Assembly: GCA_036676985.1 (NCBI GenBank)
Contig: JAKFBU010000027.1
Coordinates: 224,001-288,000, forward strand
Direction: 5' to 3'
Source: Candidatus Sericytochromatia bacterium
GTDB lineage: Bacteria > Cyanobacteriota > Sericytochromatia > S15B-MN24 > UBA4093
DNA: 64,000 nt
Under the pieces are notes generated by a model. That model made no database searches and was not told the origin of the DNA. It saw only the letters and a list, made by a program, of their open reading frames with translations. A program made the position numbers and the translations under genes. The number at the start of each line of letters is the position of its first letter. Position 1 is the first letter of the stretch. Shown here one piece after another: positions 57,359 to 64,000 of the stretch.

Positions 57359-58662
57359 GGATGCTTCAACCGATATCTCCACACCGCATGACCGTTGCTC
57401 GTTCGACGTCCTGCCCCCCCGCCGTGGCGCGACTCCTTCAGGGGACGCTCGTCGTTCAGCTGATCGGGCTCCTGGCCGTCTCCCCATGCGGAGCACAATC
57501 GACCACCTGGAGCGAGGACCAAGCAGTCGCCGCGTTTCTCGCTCGGAGTCCGCTGGTTGCTGCCGCCAAGCAGCAGGTCCAGGTGTCCGGTGCCGACGTT
57601 ATCGGCGCCAGCATCAGAGCCAACCCCGTGCTGGAGGTAGCCCGAGAGCAGGTGTTCCCGGCCGCAGGATCGAGCGAAGAAAACCGCTTAGGCCTCCAGG
57701 TGCCGATCTCGCTGCCAGGGAAGCGTGATCGGCGGGTCGCCATCGCCCAGTCCGGGGTGGCGATCGCTCAGGCCAGGGTCCAGGAGCGCCTCCAGGAGCT
57801 GACCCTCGAGTTCCGTTCGGTGTATGGCGAGGCCTACGCCGCTGCCGCCCGCGGCGAGGCCCTGGCAGCAGACCTGGCCGGGCTGCGCCGCATCGAACGG
57901 GTCATCGAGGCCCGTGCCAAGGCGGGGGAGAGCGCCGGCTACGATCTCATCCGGGTGCGTCTCGCGCGCTCCGCGGCCGAAGCCAGACTGGCCTCGGAGC
58001 GAGCAGAAGCCGAGCGCCAACGGGCTCGCCTTGCCGGCTTGGCGGATCTGGCGGCGACCGGCTCCCTCAAACTCGGCACTCCGACTCCTTTGCCCTCGGA
58101 GGACGACCTGATCACCTACGCCTTGGCGCACCGTTCCGAACTCCTCACCGTGCGCGCCGAACGTGCACGGGCCGAGCAGGCGATCGACCTGGCCCAGCAA
58201 CACCGTTGGCCGGACCCCGCCGTTGCGGTCGGCCTCAAGCACACCAGTGAGCCGACCTCGCAGGGACTGGGCTACACCCTCGGTCTCACATGGCCGCTTC
58301 CCTTCTTCGATCGGGCCCAGGGCGAAGCGGCCCGAGCCAGCGCGGAGCGCGAGCGCCTGGGGCTCCAGGAGGCGGCGATTGTCGCCCGGCTACGCAGCGA
58401 CGTTCCGGCCGCCCGCAAGGCCCTTCAGCAACGGTTGGACGCCCGGGCGCGCTTCGAGCGAGACGCCCTCGCGCGGCTGCCCGAGATGACGCGCATTGCC
58501 GAAACCGCCTACACGGAAGGGGACCAAGGCATCGTCTTGCTGCTGGATGCAAGCCAAGCCGCCCTAGACACCCGGCTCCAGGCCATCGACCTGGCGCTTT
58601 CCGTCCATTCCGCCCAGCTCGAACTCGAGCGCCAGGTTGGCGCTCCGCTCACCCGCCCGTAA
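57352..58662 (+). CDS. TolC/CzcC-family outer-membrane factor (start uncertain)
   Basis: NPVL, PLPFFDRAQG, AYTEG...LLDA. Confidence 0.9.
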   Translation: MLRMLQPISPHRMTVARSTSCPPAVARLLQGTLVVQLIGLLAVSPCGAQSTTWSEDQAVAAFLARSPLVAAAKQQVQVSGADVIGASIRANPVLEVAREQVFPAAGSSEENRLGLQVPISLPGKRDRRVAIAQSGVAIAQARVQERLQELTLEFRSVYGEAYAAAARGEALAADLAGLRRIERVIEARAKAGESAGYDLIRVRLARSAAEARLASERAEAERQRARLAGLADLAATGSLKLGTPTPLPSEDDLITYALAHRSELLTVRAERARAEQAIDLAQQHRWPDPAVAVGLKHTSEPTSQGLGYTLGLTWPLPFFDRAQGEAARASAERERLGLQEAAIVARLRSDVPAARKALQQRLDARARFERDALARLPEMTRIAETAYTEGDQGIVLLLDASQAALDTRLQAIDLALSVHSAQLELERQVGAPLTRP

Positions 58663-58672
58663 AGGAACCAAG

Positions 58673-60250
58673 ATGAAGCGCCTGTCGATCGTCCTTCTCG
58701 CCTCGTCCCTCCTCGTCCTCGCCGGTTGCCGCCCGCAAGCCGAGTCGTCGCATGAGCAGACGGGACACGAGCACGCCCAGCCGGCCACCGAGCTGCCGGT
58801 AGAGGCCGTCACCCTTTACACCCCCAAGAGCGAGCTGTTCGCGGAGCACCGCACCTTCGTCGTGGGCGAGGAGGCGAAGCTCGCCGCTCATATCACGGAC
58901 CTGCGCGATTGGTCGCCCGTGACCGAGGGGCGCATGGAGGCCGTCCTGATCGATGCCAAGGGGCGCGAGACCGTGTTCCCCGTGGACGGCGTACTGCGAC
59001 CCGGAATCTTCCAACCGATCATCAAGCCGAGCGTGGCAGGGGAGTACGAGCTGCTGCTCCGGCTTACGTCACCCCGACTGTCGGACACCATCCGGGCGGG
59101 CAAGGTGACGGTCCATCCGGACGCGAAGGCGGCTCTGGCCACCGCGACCGAGGAGGACGCCTCCCCCGAGGAAATCAGCTTCCTCAAGGAGCAGCAGTGG
59201 AAGATCGGCTTCATGACCCGACCCGCGGCCATCGGAAGCGTCCAGGAAGGCACGACCCTCCAGGGCGTCGTCACCGCAGCGGGTGGTCATGACGTGGCCA
59301 TCACCTCTCCGGCGGACGGTCGCCTCGTCGTGGGCCAAGGCCGCCTGCCGACGCTGGGATCCGAGGTCCGAGCCGGCGAGGTGCTCGCCGTCCTGACGCC
59401 CTTCGAGGGGGCGGACACGGACCGGGTGCTGCTGCGGAAGGAGGTCAAGACGGCCGAGGCCACCCTCCGTCAGGCCAAGCAGGAGCTGGCGCGCGCCGAG
59501 CGCCTGTTCGCGGCGCAAGCGATCCCCGGCAAGCGGATCGACGAGGCAAAGACGGCCGTGTCGGTCGCAGAGGCCCAGCTGATGGCCGCCCAGGACCACC
59601 TCCAGGCAAAGGAGGCGACCTTGAGAGGGGCAGGCGGCGTCACCGAGGAGAGCTTCCGGCTCACTGCCCCGATCAGCGGCACGGTGGTCGAGGCCAAGGC
59701 GGTGCCGGGCGCTGCCGTGACGAGCGGGGCGCCGCTCTACCGCATTGTCGACCTGCGCACGGTCTGGGTCGAGGCCCGGGTACCGGAAGCCGACCTCAAT
59801 CATGTCGCCAAGGCGGGCGGCGCAGAGATCTCCGTCGCGGCGGCGGCCCCCGTGACCGTCGGCAAGGGGCGCGGTGGGCTGGTGACGGTCGGCAGCGTGC
59901 TGGATCCGGTGAACCGGACGGCTCCGGTCGTCTACGCGGTTCCCAACCCGGACCGGACCTTCCGCATCGGGATGACGGCCGAGGTGCGGGCCCTCACGGG
60001 GCCGACCCACCCCGCTCCGGTGCTCCCCAAGGACGCCGTGGTCGACGACAACGGGCGGCCCATCGCCTACGTCCAGACGGGCGGAGAGAGCTTCGAGCGA
60101 CGGGAGCTGAGGCTGGGCGCCAAGCAAGGGGATCTGGTGCAGGTGCTGTCCGGCATCTCGGCCGGTGAGCGCGTGGTCACGCGCGGTGGCTACGAGATCC
60201 GCCTGTCGACCCTGTCCAATGCCGTGCCGGCTCACGGGCACGAGCACTAG
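58673..60250 (+). CDS. CzcB-like RND periplasmic adaptor lipoprotein
   Basis: lipobox LAGC, His-rich ends, APISG, GERVV, HGHEH. Confidence 0.93.
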   Translation: MKRLSIVLLASSLLVLAGCRPQAESSHEQTGHEHAQPATELPVEAVTLYTPKSELFAEHRTFVVGEEAKLAAHITDLRDWSPVTEGRMEAVLIDAKGRETVFPVDGVLRPGIFQPIIKPSVAGEYELLLRLTSPRLSDTIRAGKVTVHPDAKAALATATEEDASPEEISFLKEQQWKIGFMTRPAAIGSVQEGTTLQGVVTAAGGHDVAITSPADGRLVVGQGRLPTLGSEVRAGEVLAVLTPFEGADTDRVLLRKEVKTAEATLRQAKQELARAERLFAAQAIPGKRIDEAKTAVSVAEAQLMAAQDHLQAKEATLRGAGGVTEESFRLTAPISGTVVEAKAVPGAAVTSGAPLYRIVDLRTVWVEARVPEADLNHVAKAGGAEISVAAAAPVTVGKGRGGLVTVGSVLDPVNRTAPVVYAVPNPDRTFRIGMTAEVRALTGPTHPAPVLPKDAVVDDNGRPIAYVQTGGESFERRELRLGAKQGDLVQVLSGISAGERVVTRGGYEIRLSTLSNAVPAHGHEH

Positions 60251-60259
60251 GAGGTCGGC

Positions 60260-63200
60260 ATGCTGGATCGCATCATTCAGTGGGCGCTGGGCAACCGCCT
60301 TCTGGTCCTGGCCTTAGCGGCCGCCCTCCTCATCGGTGGAACGTGGACGGCCAGCCGGATGCCGGTGGACGTGTTCCCCGATCTGACGGCTCCGACGGTC
60401 ACCGTGCTTGCCGAGGCCCATGGCCTCGCTCCCGAGGAAGTCGAGAGCCTGGTGACCTTCCCGATCGAAACGGCGATGAACGGCGCCACGGGCGTCCGCC
60501 GGGTTCGCTCCAGCACGGCCGCGGGCATTTCCGTCGTCTGGGTCGAGTTCGAATGGGGCACCGACATCATCCGGGCCCGTCAGCTCGTCAACGAGAAGCT
60601 GCAGCTCGCCCAGGCGAACTTGCCCGAGGATCTGCCGCCGCCCGCGCTCGCCCCGGTGTCGTCCATCATGGGCGAGATCATGTTCATCGGGATGAAGGGC
60701 AATGACCGGGCCACGGCCATGGACGTCCGCTCCGCGGCGGACTGGGTCGTGCGTCGTCGCCTCCTGGCGTTGCCCGGCGTGTCCCAGGTCATTCCCATGG
60801 GGGGGGATGTCAAGCAGTTCCAGGTGCTTGTCGATCCCGCCAAGCTCCAGGCCCGTGGGCTGTCGCTGAGCCAGGTCGCCGACGCCGTGTCGCGATCCAA
60901 CCGCAACGTCTCGGGGGGCTTTTACGTCTCGGGAGGCCAGGAGTACTTGATCCGGGGCCTCGGGCGGGTGCAAGGCCCTGAGGACGTGTCGGCGGCCGTG
61001 GTCGCGCTGCGCAACGGCGCCGCGGTCCGGGTGGGAGACGTCGCCGAGGTGGGGGTCGGTCCGGCCCTCAAGCGTGGGGTGGGCTCGCTCAACGGCGAAC
61101 CCGCGGTCGTGCTCGCCATCCTCAAGCAACCCGACGCCAACACCCTCGAACTGACCGAGCGGGTCGACCTGGCGCTGGACGAGATCCAGGCCTCCCTGCC
61201 ACCGGGCATCACCATCGACCGGCACAACTTCCGACAGTCGGACTTCATCGCGCGGGCCGTCACCAACGTGGAACACGCTCTGCGGGACGGGGCCATCCTG
61301 GTGGCGGTCATCCTCCTGGCCTTCCTGCTCAACGTGCGGGCGACCGTCATCTCGCTCATCGCCATCCCGCTGTCGCTCCTGGTGGCCATTCTCGCGCTGA
61401 AGGCCATGGGCGGCTCCATCAACACCATGACCCTCGGCGGCCTGACCATCGCCATCGGCGCCCTGGTGGACGACGCCATCATCGACGTCGAGAACGTCCA
61501 CCGGCGCCTCCGGGAGAACCGCGCGAAGCCGGAGGCCGAACGCCGCCCCGCCCTCGCAGTGGTCTTCGACGCCAGCCGCGAGGTGCGCGGCGCCATCTTC
61601 TTTGCGACCCTCATCATCATGCTGGTCTTCGTCCCGTTCTTCTTCCTCTCCGGGGTGGAAGGACGCCTCCTGAAGCCGCTGGGCATCTCGTACCTGGTCG
61701 CCATCTTCGCCTCTCTGGTCGTGGCGCTGACCGTGACGCCGGTGGCTTGCTACTACTTGCTCGGCCGCGAGCGGGGGCACGGCGAGGAGCGCGAGAGTGT
61801 CGTCGTCAGGTCTCTCAAGCGCGCTTACCAACCGCTGCTCGAGAAGGCGCTCGTCCATCCCCGAACGGTCATCGGCGCCTCGGTCGCCCTCTTGGTCGTC
61901 GCGCTCGCGATGGTGCCGTTTCTCGGACGCGCCTTCCTGCCGGAGTTCAACGAGGGCGCGCTGACCGTGAGTGCGGTGACGCTGCCGGGCACGTCCCTGG
62001 AGACGTCGGACGACCTGGGCCGGCGCCTGGAGCAGATCATGCGGTCCTTCCCGGAGGTCGAGACGACCTCGCGGCGCACCGGTCGGGCCGAGCTCGACGA
62101 GCATGCGCAGGGCGTCAACTCCTCCGAGATCGACGTGGTCTACCGGCTGAAGGATCGCTCGAAGGAGGCCTTCCAGGACGAGCTTCGCAAGGCCGTGTCG
62201 GTCCTGCCGATGAGCATCAGCTTCGGGGGCCCGCTGGCGCACCGGATCGACCACATGCTCTCGGGCACCCGCTCGAACATCGCCGTCAAGGTCTTCGGCG
62301 AGGATCTCGGGCGTTTGCGCACCATCGGCAAGCAGATCGAGGCGGCCATGCAGGACGTTCCCGGCGTGGTGGACCTGTCGGTGGAGCAGCAGGTCGAGGT
62401 TCCACAGCTGGCCATCCGGTACGACCGCGCGGCCCTGGCTCGCTTCGGGCTGACCACCGGGGAGGTGGGCGAAGCCATCGATATGGCCTTCCAGGGCGAG
62501 GTCGTCTCGAAGGTGCTGGAAGGGCAGCGGACCTATGACCTGCTGATCCGGTACCCGCAGAGCGCGCGACAAGACCTGGCGGCGATCGCCAATACGCTGG
62601 TGGCCCTTCCGGAAGGCGGGATGGTCCCGTTGAAGTCGCTCGCGACCCTGACCCAGGAGCGGGGGCCCAACACCATCTCGCGCGAGAACGTCCAACGCAA
62701 GATCGTCGTCTCGGCGAACGTGTCCGGCCGGGATCTGGCCCGCACGGTGGAGGATATTCGGGGCGCGATCGCCGCGAAGGTGAGCATGCCGACCGGTTAC
62801 TACGTGGTCTATGGGGGTCAGATCGAGAGCGCAGATGCCTCCGCGAAGCTCCTGGGCTGGCTGACCGCGGCGGTGATCGTCGGCATCGCGCTGATCCTCG
62901 TGGTCGCGCTCCGGTCCTGGCGGGCGGCCCTCATCGTCATGGCGAACCTGCCGCTCGCCTTGATCGGCGGGGTGCTAGCGGTCCGGGCCTCGGGGGGCGT
63001 GCTCTCGGTGGCCTCGCTGGTGGGGTTCATCACGCTGTTCGGGATCGCAACCCGCAACGGGCTGATGATGATCACGCACTACCACCACCTCTTGGAGGTG
63101 GAGGGCAAGGACTTCCGCACCGCCGTCGTCCAGGGCTCGCTGGAGCGGCTGAGTCCCATCCTGATGACGGCGCTCACAGCGGGCCTGGCCCTGATCCCCC

Positions 63201-63412
63201 TGGTGCTGCGAGCGGGTGAACCTGGTAACGAGTTGCAAGCGCCCATGGGCGTGGTCATCCTCGGCGGGTTGCTCACCTCGACGTTCCTGAACATGGTGGT
63301 CATCCCGGCGCTCTACCTGCAGTTCGGCCGGCCCCGGCCCACCGACGCTACGGTCGCCTCGTTGGCCGCCGATCACGCGATGGGACAGACCGAGCGACTC
63401 CGGTCTTCCTAG
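60260..63412 (+). CDS. CzcA/CusA-family heavy-metal RND permease
   Basis: PVDVFPD, AIGALVDDAIIDVEN, FLPEFNEG, ERLSPILMTA. Confidence 0.95.
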   Translation: MLDRIIQWALGNRLLVLALAAALLIGGTWTASRMPVDVFPDLTAPTVTVLAEAHGLAPEEVESLVTFPIETAMNGATGVRRVRSSTAAGISVVWVEFEWGTDIIRARQLVNEKLQLAQANLPEDLPPPALAPVSSIMGEIMFIGMKGNDRATAMDVRSAADWVVRRRLLALPGVSQVIPMGGDVKQFQVLVDPAKLQARGLSLSQVADAVSRSNRNVSGGFYVSGGQEYLIRGLGRVQGPEDVSAAVVALRNGAAVRVGDVAEVGVGPALKRGVGSLNGEPAVVLAILKQPDANTLELTERVDLALDEIQASLPPGITIDRHNFRQSDFIARAVTNVEHALRDGAILVAVILLAFLLNVRATVISLIAIPLSLLVAILALKAMGGSINTMTLGGLTIAIGALVDDAIIDVENVHRRLRENRAKPEAERRPALAVVFDASREVRGAIFFATLIIMLVFVPFFFLSGVEGRLLKPLGISYLVAIFASLVVALTVTPVACYYLLGRERGHGEERESVVVRSLKRAYQPLLEKALVHPRTVIGASVALLVVALAMVPFLGRAFLPEFNEGALTVSAVTLPGTSLETSDDLGRRLEQIMRSFPEVETTSRRTGRAELDEHAQGVNSSEIDVVYRLKDRSKEAFQDELRKAVSVLPMSISFGGPLAHRIDHMLSGTRSNIAVKVFGEDLGRLRTIGKQIEAAMQDVPGVVDLSVEQQVEVPQLAIRYDRAALARFGLTTGEVGEAIDMAFQGEVVSKVLEGQRTYDLLIRYPQSARQDLAAIANTLVALPEGGMVPLKSLATLTQERGPNTISRENVQRKIVVSANVSGRDLARTVEDIRGAIAAKVSMPTGYYVVYGGQIESADASAKLLGWLTAAVIVGIALILVVALRSWRAALIVMANLPLALIGGVLAVRASGGVLSVASLVGFITLFGIATRNGLMMITHYHHLLEVEGKDFRTAVVQGSLERLSPILMTALTAGLALIPLVLRAGEPGNELQAPMGVVILGGLLTSTFLNMVVIPALYLQFGRPRPTDATVASLAADHAMGQTERLRSS

Positions 63413-64000
63413 CGGCCGGTGCGCGTGGCATTCAACGCGGCCTTTAGGCCTTCGGAGAGCTGGCGGGTGGGGCCGACGCCCCAGTAGTGGAGGAACATGA
63501 TCCGCGGGCTCTCCATGGTCATGTGGTTGTGGATGGCCACGACGTTGATGTTCGCGCGCCGTAGGGCCTTGAGCACGCCCTGCAGCTCGTCTTCGAGCAT
63601 GGCGAAGTCCCCGTCGACCACTGCCCGGTCGTCGCTGCCGACGAAGGCGGCCCACGTGTTCACGCCCATGGTGTTGCCGACCGTGACCCCGTGCATGGTC
63701 GTGGTCCGGCCGATTGTGACCTTGTAGACACCATTGGTCAGATCGCCCTTGTAGCCCAAGATGGCCTCGATCTTCGTGGGGTCGAGGCTGGTGCGGCTCG
63801 GGTCAAGGTCGGCGGTCGGGGTCTCGCCCTTTCCGCCCTTCGTCTCGTCGATCTTGGCCAGCACCTTTCCGACAGCCGAGGCCAGGCGCATCTGGTCACC
63901 CATGCCCCCGATGTGCATGAACATCACCTTCGGCTTGTCCCAGAAGAAGTGATTGTGCAGGGCCGTGACTTCCAGCCCATTGTCAAGCGCCACGCTCATG
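63409..64000 (-). CDS. DUF1259 (LppY/LpqO) domain protein, 5'-truncated by the window edge
   Basis: two ALHNH/AIHNH..P..MFxH repeats, VDGDF. Confidence 0.9.
   Translation of the reverse strand, partial: MSVALDNGLEVTALHNHFFWDKPKVMFMHIGGMGDQMRLASAVGKVLAKIDETKGGKGETPTADLDPSRTSLDPTKIEAILGYKGDLTNGVYKVTIGRTTTMHGVTVGNTMGVNTWAAFVGSDDRAVVDGDFAMLEDELQGVLKALRRANINVVAIHNHMTMESPRIMFLHYWGVGPTRQLSEGLKAALNATRTGR

Noticed and set aside
60314-62695. Long antisense ORFs (also 50946-53105, 31926-34007, 21826-23691)
   Set aside because: Expected in high-GC DNA opposite well-supported genes; no recognisable motifs.

Overview
High-GC bacterial chromosomal window, densely coding and mostly housekeeping or accessory. 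No CRISPR array, rRNA or prophage was seen. The organism is diderm (TolC/RND, porin) yet carries Terrabacteria/cyanobacteria-like markers (Ycf46-type AAA ATPase, DUF3370, DUF1292, a GAAC-N4-GTTC SOS box). This fits a non-photosynthetic cyanobacterial relative such as Sericytochromatia, which is inference only. Recognisable content: a GGDEF/HD-GYP hybrid, icd, tRNA-Glu(TTC), an orphan NuoF-like flavoprotein, secreted cyanophycinase/M20/DmpA peptidases, an IS481-family element, an Irr/PerR-like Fur regulator with a disulfide reductase-glutaredoxin operon, tandem lipoprotein cysteine proteases, a dnaE2-dinB-miniLexA cassette, a cyclase-STAND-TPR protein and an ArsR-CzcCBA-like efflux operon. Main signals the ORF track does not show: (1) a rhodanese lipoprotein whose frame continues through an in-frame TGA (CxU, probable selenoprotein); (2) an 80-bp palindromic element in two copies, one inserted in frame in a lipoprotein signal peptide; (3) an apparent tandem array of gene cassettes behind tRNA-Glu, separated by degenerate tRNA-3'-end copies and hairpins, one carrying a bacterial homolog of fungal aldos-2-ulose dehydratase; (4) an ImuA/ImuB-less SOS mutagenesis cassette with a LexA DNA-binding-domain-only protein; (5) the IS481 inserted inside a REP-like inverted repeat; (6) small ORFs under 60 aa. 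Family assignments come from motif recognition by eye; no searches were run.
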